From the human T2T-CHM13v2.0 reference genome, Homo sapiens, in NCBI RefSeq assembly GCF_009914755.1, contig NC_060927.1: a stretch of 64,000 nucleotides of DNA, one strand, 5' to 3'. A program made the translations under genes and the position numbers. The notes beneath the pieces are model-generated. The model made no database searches and was not told where the DNA came from. It saw nothing but the letters and a program-made list of their open reading frames with translations. Positions within the stretch are counted from its first letter, which is position 1. Every line of letters begins with the position of its first letter. Positions 27,244 to 41,756 of the stretch are shown here, one piece after another.

Positions 27244-29624
27244 CTTTCTTCATTGAATCCAGGAATTAAGCAATTTAGGAATAGAATTGCCATTGTTCTT
27301 GCAAATTACACTATTACTAGTTTTTTATAGCCCAGCTTCCTAGAGCATCTCATCTAGAAAGCTTTCCCAATTTATTCTAGAAAATTCAAACAGATGCCTT
27401 TTCCTGAGTCCTTCACCCCAAGAACATCCTTATCCAGGGGTCGTTTTACTCCACCTTCCTATTTTAGCTCATCAGAGATCCATATCTTCACCTAGAAATT
27501 CTGAAAGGTGGGGGTCTCTCACGCTTCTCTTTCCATGGGCTTTCAGAATACATGCAGCAGCGTTTTGCACGTGGCAAGGTTTAAAGAGTTCATCCCAAAC
27601 TCTTATGAGTTTGCTCTTGGAATCCTATGGATTCAAATAATTAGCCAAGCAAAAAGATTGGCAGCACGGCCACCAGAAAACAAACCTCCCACCTTCCCTA
27701 AAGTGGCAGAACAGCTGCCACCAGTAGAACAGAGTTGTTCCTCTCCTCTGCCACTCAGGCACCGTGACTGCAGAGTTATCCAGACACACCAATCATTTTG
27801 CAACTGCTTGGCTCTCTGCAGTGCCCCAGGAATTCTAAGCAACAAAGGAGACAGTCATCTGTTCCACAGCCTAGCAATTGTGTCATTAAACAAATTGCTC
27901 CATAACGTCAAAAGAGGCATTCTTTGTGACAGCCAAGTGATATAATTTGTCTTGATTCCAGACATGGGAGACATCTGTCTCGAATTCATGCCTGTCATTT
28001 GAAGTTGCAAGTTTATCTACAGAAAAGTGAGACTATACCCAGACACTGAACAGAAATATAAACATTAAGTGACTACTTAAAAAGCTATAGTTTTACCCTT
28101 TTAGCACAAATACAGGGAAATTCTTTCTAAACTATATGGCTGTATACCAAGTGAAAAACATAGATTGGTATTCTCTCAACAAAACTGCTTTCAGAATCGG
28201 CAATTCAGTTTGCCTGAACTGTTGGAACATAACAATAGATGCAGGTTAAACACACAGTTCATTTAGCTCAACACATCCGTTTCTAACAGTGATGTATCAC
28301 GGAAGCATTAAATTAAGCAAATGCTCGTTGAGCACCAAGTTATGCAATGAACCATTAGATGCTATGGAATTAAAAGAATGACAACATGTATCAAATTGGG
28401 CAATTCACAGATGGCCTCGTAGAAGTTCTGCTTCCCGTGGGTCTTTAAAGATGCATAGTCTGACAGTAGTCAGCAAACAGAGATGGTCTTTCCTTTCTAC
28501 TCCTCTCCATTGTCTTTCCAGTGAGGTCAGCATCTACATGTGTAACGCATCCAGCACCAGCCGTCAGACCACCGGCATCCTCACCTTGAATAATATTTTC
28601 CTCCATCCTGCCTCACAACTCGCATCCAAGGCAAACATGGACATACACCACCTCTGAAATCTTCATCTGAAACATCCAACTCTGACTCACCTCCCTCCTG
28701 TCCTACAGTATTTTCTTCCACCACTTCCCAACAATTCCTCAGTCTTCCTGAGATCCCTAATCCTTCGTTCTCACTCCCGTCCACCATCACGTGTCCTGTC
28801 CTTTTACATTTGGCAGATTTCTATTCATCTTTTTAGTCTTTGCTTAAACAAAACTTTAGCAGCAATAATACTGCACCTTTAGATTGGATGTGATCTCCCT
28901 TGTAGATAAACTTTCCTAATACTCTTAATTTTTTCCCATCTTCAACCTAATCAGTCTTTAAGACAATCGCTTATTTATTGTCTTCCCCAGTAGAGGAAAT
29001 AGTAATCAAGGGAAAGGAAATCACAGCCACTCATTTGTTGCTGTGTTCCTAGAGTGCTTGGCTGATAACCGATGCTTGAAAACTGTTTAATGAATTAACA
29101 ACAACAAAAGAGAAAACCCAATTTGCTCAAGGCACAGGGAATATTTGTAGAAGGAGGGAGAATCCAGGATACAGACTCAGATTGGTGCCATTTTCTAGAG
29201 TACTTGAGCATTAGGTAATGGGAAACATTGGGGTCTTTAAAGATGAAGACGCTCTCCAAATACTCATTTTTTTTCAATAATTAGTACAGCTGATTATTAA
29301 AAGTGTTTATACGTTTATTGCAGGAAATCTGAAAAAACTTAGTGAAGTAAAAAGAAAAATCACCCATTTCTGTAGTACTGCTAACATTTGATGCATTTTT
29401 TTCTACAAATTTTCTAGACATTTGGTTTACATAGTGGCAATAATACAGTGCATTCAGACTTGGACTCTAATCTGTTTCCTCTCAACGCTGTAACCTAAGC
29501 ACTCTTTTCTCATCACGTAAAATTTTTTAGTAAACTTACGTAATGACTACTTAACATTAAATCATTTTACCATTACACAGTATACTTATCATTTTCCCAT
29601 TTTTAAAAACTTAAGTTTTACCCA

Positions 29625-30060
29625 TAAATGTTTTATTGAAAATATTACATAGATCAAGCACACAAATCTTTTCTCTATGAAACTGACAAATGTCTACTCT
29701 TACATAGCTACCACGCAGATCAAGTATTTGACACAGCAGCATCCCAAAGTCTCCTATATGTCCCTTCTCAGGCAATACCCCCAAAGGTAATTATCATTCT
29801 GACTTTTAGCACCATAAATTCGTTTCGCCAGTTTCTGAACTTCACAGCCCTTTTTGCCTGACTTCTTTCGCCCAATGTTATGTCTTTGAAATTCATCCAA
29901 GCTTTTGTATAAGTAGTTTATTCATTTTCATTTCTTCAAAGTATTTTCATATATATATGTGTGTATACACATACACATATAAGCACACATTTATATGTAC
30001 TACACTCCATCCAAGCCACGGAAGGACACTTGGGTTATTTCTACCTTGCAGCTATTAAAT
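29625..30060 (-). mobile_element. Old L1 (L1ME-like) 3' fragment
   Basis: ACCACGCAGATCAAG..CAGCATCCCAAA..TATCATTCTGACTTTTAGCACCATA..TGAAATTCATCCA. Confidence 0.7.
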
Positions 30061-30979
30061 TCAGTTCCTGTTATTAGCCATGCTTCAGTCTAGTCATACT
30101 GTTAGCATAAAACACCTCTTAATGAAATGAGCTGCAGAAATCTACCAAGGATGTGGAAAACTGTTTTCTTTTGAACATGCCTTAGTTGTTCTGCACTCTG
30201 CAAAAAATTCATTTTCTGATGTTAGAGCTAGACAACCAACTCTAAATCAATTTCTGCTTATCTATTATTTACTCCTAGTGTCAAATGTGTGAGTTATTGA
30301 AAAGCAACTAAATATAAAAGAAAAACATCCCCCTGAAAATTGGGAGGGAGGGGTAACAATATACCAGAACTGTAAGCAGGACAGAGACATGAAAGGTCCA
30401 AAGCAAATATGCATTTTGCCCAAGTGACGGCACTTTGACAGTATACTAGGCTTGAGTGATACTATGCTTCAATTCTAAGTTAGAGGCACAGGTTGTAGAA
30501 TCTGAAAAACCTGGAACTGATTCCTGGATTATTTCCTTCTGTATGGTCTTAGAAAACTACTTTACCTCAGCTCCTCATTTTAAAAACAGGGCCAGTAATA
30601 TAAATATCAGCATGAGTAAATGTATTCTGGCATATCATTAGATTTCAATAAATATTATTTTTTATACTGATGAATGGCCACCAATATGCCATACAGTTTA
30701 GCTTAGAAGACCCAAATAAGTTTAAATTCAGGTGCAATATTTCCCAAATATAATCTTAAAATAAATTCCCTAAAAACAAGAACAGCAGACTTGCTGCAGC
30801 AGAATCAGTCTGATCCAACTCTGGCACTGTACATTTATGTCAGTATCATGTTTAATTACAGTGAATCATAACTATAGCAACAGTATATTTTTGTATTCTG
30901 TTTTAGTGTACACAAAGGCTTTTAAAATCAAATCTCATTCAGTCCTTCCGATACCTGCGGGGATCTGTCCCTTCCTCTA

Positions 30980-31940
30980 TGCAAGTTATCAATTTATTGT
31001 GTCTCAGTTCAAATCCATCCTTCATTACCTACTTGGCAACAATGGCCTTGAACCCTTTAAGTCTCTGTTCTTTGCAGCAAACACAATATTAAGCTTTGTC
31101 ACTAGAGGGTGCTGGAGGAAGTGGTTTCTCTCCCTGCTTCCAGTTTACTTCTATATTGATTTTCTTGTTATTTGTTTTGGATGGCCGTCAGCAGCTAATT
31201 TGTGAGGGGAATACTCACAAATTGTGGTGCTCAAAGACCCAGAATGTGAAGCCCCTTGGTAAGCTTGCGTCCCCAGTTTCAGCTCAGTGATCATCTTGCC
31301 ATGGATCTCCCAATGTGGACACCATGCATCCCAGGTTCCACAGCACCCTGCTGTCGGGTAAGCTCCTGTGCACCTGCCAGGGCTCACTTCCTGCAGGGCT
31401 TATGCATTCTTAAGCATTGGACCCCTCTAGAATGCAGTTTCTCCAACGCCCCATTCCTACAGACGAAGGCTTCTCTATCCCTTGGTTCTTGTAGCATCTG
31501 GTGACCAACAGTGCCCAGCAGAAAACGGTTGCACCCAGCACTGACTCTGGCAACTCTGCAGCAAGGCTTGAGGGCAACACCTCCCTATGGATTGCTTTTC
31601 TGTACCCCAGAAGGCAGGTTTCCAGCAAGTCTCAGAAGTGAGGCACTTTGATGACTTTTCAATAATTCATAATCAGCCATGGGCATGCCCTCTCCAAGGG
31701 AGTCTGGATCTCAGCCTGAGGTGGGGTTAGAGGGCTCCTCCTTGACACTGTATCTCAGCCTTATGACAGCAGCTGATATTTATATATACTATTGCTGCAT
31801 CCTATAGAATTCTTTGTACTTCTTACTAGCCAATTTTCTGTTACTTCAATCCACATTACAATGAATAATTCTTATATTAAACTCTCACTTTTCAAATTAC
31901 TGTGAGGTTTCTGTCTCCTGAGTTGACCACAATTGATACA
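30980..31940 (+). mobile_element. Solo ERVL LTR (LTR41-like)
   Basis: Begins TGCAAGTTATCAATTTATTG; internal AAGCTTTGTCACTAGAGGGTGCTGGAGG; ends TTCAAATTACTGTGAGGTTTCTGTCTCCTG..TGATACA. Confidence 0.7.
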
Positions 31941-33559
31941 CCATCTTTCAAGATGATGAAATCCAAGAGTAGCAGAGACAAAGCCAAGACCAAAACCAAG
32001 ACCTTCTAAATCTAAAAATCCCATTTTTCCCACTGCACCAAGATACCCTTTCCAGGAATAAAAACTACTGGAGAAGAAGGGAAGAAACACCTAATATAAT
32101 AAAATAACCTCAGTGTCATTTTATAGCAATCTCCTTCCAACTCATTTTCTTAGAGACTCAAAGACAAAAGCATCATATCATACTATGTACCAAACCAGGA
32201 CTACCCATTACACAGAAATAGGTCTGCAGATCCTTTTAAGGAGCAAAAAGTGGAGACTGACAATATATCCAATTTTAATCATGTAGCAAATTTGGGAAGC
32301 CACCAGTAATACTAAACATAGATAGAACCGAACATAGGATACCAAATAAAACTCAACACAGGATACTGAGTAGATTAACATCCTAACTTTTGATGAAATA
32401 AACTATACAATTACAATGACCACAGTGTTATCAGGCATTCATGTTATGATTCATCCAAATAAACAAAACTGAACAAAAAGATGCTTTACTCTTTATAATC
32501 ATCAAGAGTCATTCACTTAGTATAGAAAGAGAAGTTGGCACCTAATATTAGAATCTGAATAAAAATGTAACAGTTTCATGGATTAAGAATCCACAGTACC
32601 AATCTGGCCACCATCTTTGATCAATTTCTGATAGTGAAGAGATCATTTAGCCTCCGTATCTAATTGTCAAATTTAAAATAGAGTGGAAAATACCAAACTA
32701 TGTGTCAATCCTATACTTATTTCAGTTGCCAGAACCCTTTTCCAAAGCATTTCCATTGGTTACAGCTTCCTGTATATGTTCAACACACCTCAGCACCTTT
32801 GTGTGACACTCATTTCCAATATCACCTCAGTCATGAAGCTTTGGCTAGTCTCCACTAACAAAATGAAAAGTGATTTCTCCAACACTGGAAGCCTCATAGA
32901 ATGATCTGTGCTTCTCTTATCATGATCTGTGCTCTACTTTGTATGGTGACTACATATGTATCTTCCTTGGTCTCTTGGAGCTGTAAGTTACTCTGGGACA
33001 AGAATTACTTTATTGATATGATTTTTACCCAAAGTGTAAACACAATGGTTTCTGCATTGACAGTGCCCAATGATAGATATTTATCACTTCATAACAATTT
33101 CTCAGGTTAACTCAGTAGGTATAAAGAATGATCAGGAGTAGAATCCAAGTCTCCTGACTTTCCAACACTCTCTTTGTTCTATGCCATTGTAAGTATCAAG
33201 AGACAAGATTTAAAGACAGCTGAAAGAATGGGAGAACTGTGAGAATTACCAGTCTGACAGCATAAAATACATTGTTCTTGACAACAGGAAAATTGTAAAA
33301 GGCTTGCTATGGCCAAACCATGAGAACTGAAACCAGCCTACTGTACCAGGAACTTATTTGATGTCATTATGACTATTGAGCAGGAGGTTGCCATATTAAA
33401 AGATAAGTTTGTGATGATTAGTAGACCCTTAGGTATTTAATGGACTAAAGATAAGTCATGTTGAGGGTTTAGGAGATCACTAAAGTTAAAAAACTACTAA
33501 AAGTCCCAGACACAATGAATATGTCAAGACCTGGTAAATATCACATATATTTAGGATTT

Positions 33560-35600
33560 TGCACTTAACAGTTTTCTTCTTAACAATTTGTTTCTAAGAT
33601 TCACCTATGTAGTAATGCATAGCTGTAGTTAATTTATTTCATGGCTGTATAATAGCCCATTGTGTGAATTTGCTAAAATTTATTTATGCATTCCGCTACT
33701 GACGGAACCTGGGTAAAGACTGGTGCTAGGCTAAACATTGCTGCTATAAACATTCTTACATGTGTCTCCTGGTGATGCGTAAAGAGTTTTAGCTAGAATG
33801 TTTGCCTTAAAGTAGAATAGATAATTATGGAGTATTCACATTTTCAGCATTAATAGATTTTTTTTTCTTTTCCTTGCCTGTTTGCTTTGGTAAGGATCGC
33901 CAGTGCAATATTGAATAGAAGTAATGAAAATGGATATCTTTGCCGTATTCCCAATTATAGCAGAAAAGCATCGATATTTAACCATTCACTTTGAGGTAAG
34001 CTATAGGTTTTTTTGGTACATATTTTCTATCAAATTGAGAAAGATCCTTATATTTCTCAGTTGCTAGGAGATTTTTTTGTGAATGGGTGTTTAATTTTGT
34101 TAAATGTTTTTATTCTGTATTTGTTGAGTTGACCATGTGAATTTTAACCTTTATTCTGTTAATATGCTGAATTGCATAGATTGGTGAGTTTTTAATGATA
34201 AACCAAACTTCTTTTCTAAGGACAAACTCCACTTAGCCATAATTTATTCTCCTTTTGATACATTAATGGATTTGATTTGTCAGTGTTTTATTATGGATTT
34301 TTTGTGGCTCTGTGTTACGTGCTATAGTCTCTACTAATTTTCTTAAGTATTTTTGTCAAGTTTTAGTAACAGGGTTCTATTGGTCTCATGATATGAGGCT
34401 GAAATTGCTTCCTCTTCTACTTCCTGAAAAATTACAGGTCATATTTGAAAGATAATTTTGTTGAGTTCAAAATTCTATTTTATGCTGCATTGGCCAACTC
34501 CAGGGAACACTACACAAACTAAATCCTATGTGAATCACACCCCTCTGGAGTTGTTCAGTGCACAGCCTATGTGGCTCCACTCAGCATCCTTGTCCGTGAT
34601 TGTGTCAAAATGTGGACAGTATTGCTCCGGTCTTTCAGCTTCCATTTTTTAGAAGTCTTCTCTTTACCTAATTATTGTTCCCTTGCAGATGATCAGTCTT
34701 TTCTCTCTAGCTGCTCCTAAGATCTCTTTTTCTTTGGTGTTCTAAAACTTCACTATACTTTCTTTGACATTCAAATATTTTATTGTATATACATGCATAT
34801 TTTTTATTAACCTACCTAATGTGCCTGTTTCTTTGTGTATCTATGATGCGTATCTTTCCATAATTCCAGACAATTTTCAGTTACTTGTTTTCTCAACTGC
34901 CTTTGTCCTTTCGTTCTGGGACTCCAGTTGGATCTAGCTTAGATATTTATTGTGTCCTCCATATCAGTTAACTTTTCTTTCATATTTTCTACCTTCCTTC
35001 TCTGCATTATTATGACCTGGGTAATCACTTCATATATGTCTCCCTTTTCATTTATTCTTTCTTTTAGCTGTGTCTGATATACTTCCAAACCATCTATTGG
35101 GTTTTTAATTTCAATTATATCTTTCACTTTTAAAAGTTGTATTTGATTCTTTTGGGAAACTAATTTGATCACATTTGAAAATCTTTTGTTCCTTCTATAT
35201 CTAAACTTATAAATTTTACTTTTAAAATATTTTATACATAGCTCTGTATTATTCTGAAACTGACCATTCTAATATATGAAGTTCTTGGTTCTTGAAGGGT
35301 CATTAAGAATGCCCCCCCCTTTTTAAAAAAAAAATTTGGAGAGTTTGGTCACATTTAACTTCAAGGTCATATCTGATTCTATCTAATATCTTTACATTCT
35401 GAGGATCTATTTGTCTCCTAGGGAACTGAATTCCAAAATGGAAGTAAAAACACTTTAATTCTTTAAGGTATTATTAGAAAATGATTAACTATGTTTGCTT
35501 TCCTTCAGAGAATATTTGCATTTTTTTTGTCAGGATTTAGTACTGATCTGTGATCACTTTTGCTTGTTTTATTGGGGGATGAGGGGATGTCTCTTGCTTG
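33560..35600 (-). mobile_element. Fragmented old L1M (3'UTR, ORF2 and ORF1 remnants)
   Basis: CAGTGCAATATTGAATAGAAGTAATGA.. (ORF2 region); the ORF at 34939-35172 (QLLKVKDIIEIKNPIDGL..LKERINE) resembles the L1 ORF1p coiled coil. Confidence 0.75.
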
Positions 35601-35862
35601 GCTTGGGCTCAGCTCTCCTAGCATGAAGACCCATGGGATTAGTCTCCCAATTTCACGCTCATATTGATCTTTGCCTTGATCAGTTAGTTAGCAAAATCCA
35701 TTTGTTTAAATCAAATTTAACTAATCTGGGTTTAAACTTTATTTCTCTATAAACTTGAAGTATTTTTAATAAGTATAATATCTATGTAAATAATACATAT
35801 TTAGGACCAAAGATATTTCTTTCTCTCCATGCAATACTTTTGGTCTATTATTTCCTTTCTAA

Positions 35863-36210
<348 letters not shown>

Positions 36211-38755
36211 TACATCTCTCTTAACAAGAAAGGCCTGCATGTTCTATTTCCACAGTCCTTATCAAAAACACAAAGATTTTCCTGTTTCGTCAGCAGAATA
36301 AAATGAACATGGGGAGTGTCTGGTACAAATACAGTCTAGAAATGTTATGCACTCAAAAAGAGAGATACTTCTAAAATAAGGAAAAATAATTGAAAAGTAC
36401 AAGGAGAAAAAAAAATTCAGGAATAAAAGGCTTACTTCATAAACCTAAAAAGGGCTTAAACCTTGTAGTCTGATAAACATGGTGCAAGGAGAGAAACACA
36501 GCAAGGTGTCAAAGGCATACTTCTCAGACTACATAGTTCCAGCCCTTTTCACACGGCAAAGAAAGTTTTAGAAAATGACAAAGGACACAAAACCATTAGC
36601 GATAATTTCACCAAAAATTTAAAATGATACTGATTGTTAATTACTACAGATCTGAGGAGAAAAAGGTGTCACACTAGAGAACAGGCCAGGTGACACATTC
36701 AGAAGATGTCTGGTACATAACCAGACAATCAATTGTGAGCTCAACAATAAGACGGACATTACAAGGCTCAACATCTATTCTGGATGTCTGTGGGCTTGGA
36801 CATCTCAGTTTTTACAATATTTCCACTTTCTCTAATAATTATTTTAATTATTAATTTCAAATGGGGAGAATACTTTTTTAAAAAACTCCCCCAATTCTCA
36901 ATGTATTTTCTCTTACTGGTGAGAAATTTACTTTTACTGAACTTCTAACATCAAAGCTAAGCCATAAGACTTATTGCTTGGAAAAGAGTGGGCAATTACT
37001 TCCTAAAATTAAAAGCCTATAGAGTTGGAAAGAAGAATAATATGATGTACAGAAAGTTTCCACCACATAAAATGCAGACATAGAAACTCTTTGGAGGAGA
37101 AATACTGTTTCGGAGAGGGGACAAGAAGAGGATCAAAAGCTCTCTGAGCCTCTTAGGTTTCTGATGACTCTGTCACTCTAGTTCTCAACTCAGATGGGGT
37201 GATGACAAGAAGATTGAAACTCTTGATCAGGAAGAAACTGAGAGTACAGAAGCCTTTGGACCCAAATCTTATGTGGAATTCTGGGAAGAGAAATAGTTGC
37301 AAGGAAACTCTGCATCAACATGGTGTACCTACAGCAGAATAGAAATGATAACATCATATATTTAGACAGAGAGATGGTCAGGGCTGGCCCCTTCTGCACA
37401 CAGGATCTCTTTAATCTCTACACAGTTTATTGTGTTTATGGGATTAGATGCAATGATAACATTTTATAACTTTTTTATTTAACATTATATGCTAAATATA
37501 AACATACGTGTTGTTATAAACTTTTTATAACATTATCAATAACTGAATAATATTCCAATGATTTGCTCTAATGCACTTAGTCTTTACCATGCTTCTGCAT
37601 ATTTAGATGGCTTTAAGTTTCTATCATAAATAATTCTAAGATTTTCTGCAGAATATTAGTAGATGTAACTGAGAATATGTTCAGAATAACCACACGCCTC
37701 CATGATACCAAATGTCAACAGTTCCATTGGTCCCTCAAACACAATTCCACATACATGCATTAAAAATCATAAAGATGAAAACATACTTCACACAGTTCAT
37801 GGGATGCTCAAGACAGAAGCAAAGTGGTTAATAAGTGGGGCCTTGCAGAGGTGGTCCCCTAAAGCCAGTAACTGGTCTTTTGGGTCCATAATATGTTATC
37901 AACTCAACCTGACTCACATTACCTAAACTCTGAAAAGATGATTGATACATTAGGTATCACTATTCTGGGTATATGACAAAATATGAGAGATGATAAAAAC
38001 ATGGTAATGTCTATTACATTTTCACAATTTATGAAGAATACAAGAGAAAATATTTGAAATGTAATTATGCTCTAAAATTCGAAATGTATTGTTATGTTTT
38101 AGACCTACACAGTTATCAAAAATTTCTTTCTACTTTCAGGATTATGTATAAAAGAAACTGGAAAACCAAATTTGTTATGCCACTGACCAAACTTGGAATT
38201 AAGAGGCAGAGGTCATCTGAGACTTAGAGATATCTTAGCCCAAAGCCTGCTGTCAAGCAGGCTAGAGAATGGAGTTTCATTGCAATTAGATAGTTTTGAA
38301 TACCTCATTAAAAATACTTTCCAAAGATTAATCTTTTTTATTATAAATGTGATACAGGCTTATTGTAGAAAAAAATTGATGAATACATTTTTAAAATAAG
38401 TGAAATGATCTAATTTGATTCTTTAAGTTATTTTAAAATCTCATTTACCCCATAAATGTATACTCCTAATACGTATCCACAAAAATTTTTAAAAATAATT
38501 TAAAAGTTAAAAAAATGAAATGACTTAAATACCACCACCTAGAACATTTTATGTATGAACTCTTTGCAGATAAGGACTGCAAGGTAAGAATTACACCCTG
38601 CAGGGTTTAGCTATATAGATGTTTAGTAAATATCTTGGAGACTCAGTTCAACCATACTGCAGTGAATAGAGGTAGTACTATGAGAATGTATGATTCCTAT
38701 ACACTCAAAAGCTAGGCACTCTCTTCTAGATTATAACATAAATCCACACATGCAG

Positions 38756-41032
38756 TGATATGGTTTGGCTGTGTCCCTACCCAAATCTCATCTTGAATTA
38801 TACTCCCATAATTCCCATGTGTTGTGGGAGGGACCCAGTGGGAAATAATTTGAATCATGGGGGCAGTTTCCCCCATACTGTTCCCGTGGTAGGGAATAAG
38901 TCTCATGAGATCTGTTGGTTTTATCAGGGGTTTCCGCTTTTGCATCTTCCCCATTTTCTCTTGCCACTGGCATGTAAGAAGTACCTTTCACCTCCCACCA
39001 TGATTCTGAGGCCTCCCCAGCCATGTAGAACTGTAAGTCCAACTAAACCTCTTTTACTTCCCAGTCTCAGCTATGTCTTTATCAGCAGTGTGAAAATGTG
39101 CTAATACAGTAAATTGGTACCAGTAGAGTGGGGTGTTGCTGAAAAGATACCCAAAATGTGGAAGTGACTTTGGAACTGGGTAACAGGCAGAGGCTGGAAC
39201 ACTTTGTAGGGTTCAGAAGAAGACAGGAAAATGTGGAAAAGTTTGGAACCTCCTAGAGACTTGTTGAATGGTTTTGACTACAATGCTGATAGTGATATGA
39301 ACAATAAGGTCCAGGCTGAGATGGTCTCAGATGGAGATGAGGAACTTGTTGGGAACTGGAACAAAGGTGACTCTTGCTACATTTTAGCAAAGAGACTGGT
39401 GGCATTTTGCCCCCATCCTAGAAATTTGTGGAACTTTGAACTTGAGAGAGATGATTTAGGTATCTGGCGGAAGAAATTTTTAAACAGCAAAAGCGTTCAA
39501 AAGGTGACTTGGGCACTGTTAAAAGCATTTCGTTTTAAAAGGGAAACAGCATAAAAGTCAGAAAATTTGCAGCTGACGATGCAATAGAAAATAAATACCC
39601 ATTTTTGAGGAGAAATTCAAGCTGGCTGCAGAAATTTGAATAAGTAGCAAGGAGCCTAATGTTAATCCCCAAGACCATGGGGAAAATGTCTCCAGGCCAC
39701 GTCACAGATCTTCACTGCAGCCCCTCTCATCACAGGCCTGGAGGCCAAGGAGAAAAAAGTGGTTTTGTGGGCTGGGCCCAGGGTCCCTGTGCTGTGTGCA
39801 GCTAGAGACTTGGTGCCCTCTGTCGCAGCCACTCCAACTGTGGCTAAAAGTGGCCAACATAAAGCTTGGGCTGTGGCTTCAGAGGGTGGAATCCCCAAGC
39901 CTTGGCAGCTTCCATGTGGTGTTGAGCCTGCAGGTGCACAGAAGTCAAGAACTGAGGTTTGGGAATCTCTGTCTAGATTTCAGAAGATGTATGGAAACGC
40001 CTGGATGCCCAGGCGAAAGTTTGCTGCAGAGGTGGGGCCCTCATGAAGAACCTCTGCTTGGGAAGTGCAGAAGGGAAATGTGGGGTCGGAGTCCCCACAC
40101 AGAGTCCCTACTGGGGCACTGCCTAGTAGAGCTGTGAGAAGAGGGCCACCCTACTCCAGACCCCAGAATGGCAGATCTACCGACAGCTTGCACTGTGTGC
40201 CTGGAAAAGCTGCAGACACTCAATGCCAGCCCATGAAAGCAGCCAGGAAGGGGACTGTACCCTGCAAAGTCACAGGGGCAGAGCTGCCCAAGACCATGGA
40301 AACCCACCTCTTGCATCAGTGTGACCTGGATGTGAGACCTGGAGTCAAAGGAAATCAATTTGGAACTTTAAAATTTGCCTGCCTCACAGGTTTTTGGACT
40401 TGAATGGAGCCTGTAACCCCTTTGTTTTAGCCAATTTTTCCCATTTGGAATGGCTGTATTTACCCAATAACTGTACCCCCACTGTATCTAGGAAGGAACT
40501 AGCTTGCTTTTGATTTTACAGGCTCATAGGCAGAAGGGATTTGCCTTGTCTCAGATGAGACTTTGGACTGTGGACTTTTGGGTTAATGCTGAAATGAGTT
40601 AAGACTTTGAGGGACTGTTGGGAAGGCACAATTGGTTTTAAAATTTGAGGACATGAGATTTGGAGGGGCCAGGGGTGGAATGATATGGTTTCGCTGTGTC
40701 CCCACCCAAATCTCATCTTGAATTGTATCCCCACAATTCCCACGTGTTGTGGGAGGGATCCAGTGGGAGATAATTTGAATCATGGGGCAGTTTCTCCTAT
40801 GCTGTTCTTGCAGTAGTGAATAAGTCTAACGAGATCTAATGGGTTTATCAGGGGTTTCTGCTTTTGCCTCTTCCTCATTTTCTCTTGCCACCACCATGTA
40901 AGAAGTGCCTTTCACCTCCCACCATGATTCTGAGGCCTCCCCAGCTATGTGTAACTGTGAGTCCAATTAAACCTCTTTTTCTTCCCAGTCTAGAGTATGT
41001 CTTTATCAGCAATGTGAAAACAGGCTAATACA
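38756..41032 (+). mobile_element. Full-length THE1 (THE1A-type) MaLR provirus: 5'LTR 38756-39108, internal 39109-40680, 3'LTR 40681-41032
   Basis: Two TGATATGG...CTAATACA LTRs; internal starts GTAAATTGGTACCAGTAGAGTGGGG; polypurine tract GGAGGGGCCAGGGGTGGAA before the 3'LTR; perfect TSD TGCAG (38751-38755, 41033-41037); TTTATCAGGGGTTTC segment typical of THE1A. Confidence 0.96.
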
Positions 41033-41712
41033 TGCAGAGACTTCATCTTGTCTATTTTTGTAACATAATTCCTAGAATTCCATAGCAATTCAGAATTAAA
41101 TTATCAAATACTGGAGTTGCTCGATTTCACCAACTTAGTTAAGTTAGCAAACTTCTCATCAGATCTAAAAATTGAGCTTCAATTCTTGTTGTGAATGCTA
41201 AATAAAACGGCAACAAAATTTGGCATTTCCTACATCTGATTCTCTTTCATTTCAAAAGAATTGCCTGGTATTTAGGAGACATAAGTTGGTCAACTTAAAT
41301 TGTTTAACTCGCATTTGTTATGATGCTACATTCAAAATGAAAGGATTTGGAAAATGCTGTGCAGTAACAACATTACAAAACTGTGAATCTTATTTGATTG
41401 CTTCCATGTCTATGGCTACATTCCCATGGGAACCAGACATTTTAATCTTTTTTGTCTTCAAAAACAAGGCATCATTCTGCATGAGCCTTGTCTTTGGGCA
41501 CATTGCATACATTGATTCAAATATTAAAGTGGATTAATAATAGAATCAAATTTAGAATGGTTGCATGGTTTCCAGAAGGAAAAATAAAATAGTTTTGAAG
41601 ATGTATGTGCTTTAATCTGACTGGTTAAAATATGGCATTGCTTATACTTGTACAACCTTTTAAGAAAAATTCTTAATAATCTGAAAAGAAATCTTTCCTG
41701 CATGTATGTTTA

Positions 41713-41756
41713 GTGTGTGTGTGTGTGTGTGTTTGTGTGTGTGCGTGTGTGTGTGA
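41713..41756. repeat. Interrupted (TG)n microsatellite
   Basis: GTGTGT.. with TT and CG interruptions. Confidence 0.95.

Noticed and set aside
27508-27945. Longest ORF in the track (145 aa), and the 133-aa ORF at 1140-1541
   Set aside because: Non-ATG starts, no recognisable domain or coding-like composition, and lengths expected by chance in 64 kb.
32901-32935. Short tandem duplication ATGATCTGTGCT
   Set aside because: Only about 12 bp match at a 21-bp period; ordinary slippage.
34939-35172. Coiled-coil-like 77-aa ORF
   Set aside because: Remnant of L1 ORF1p within a fragmented old L1.
38120-38590. Isolated acceptor and donor-like sites (also near 59702, 63255 and 63965)
   Set aside because: Unpaired or giving implausibly small exons; such sites are frequent by chance in AT-rich introns.
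39231-40403. Several overlapping 95-113-aa ORFs
   Set aside because: Fragments of the decayed THE1 internal region, broken by stops and frameshifts.
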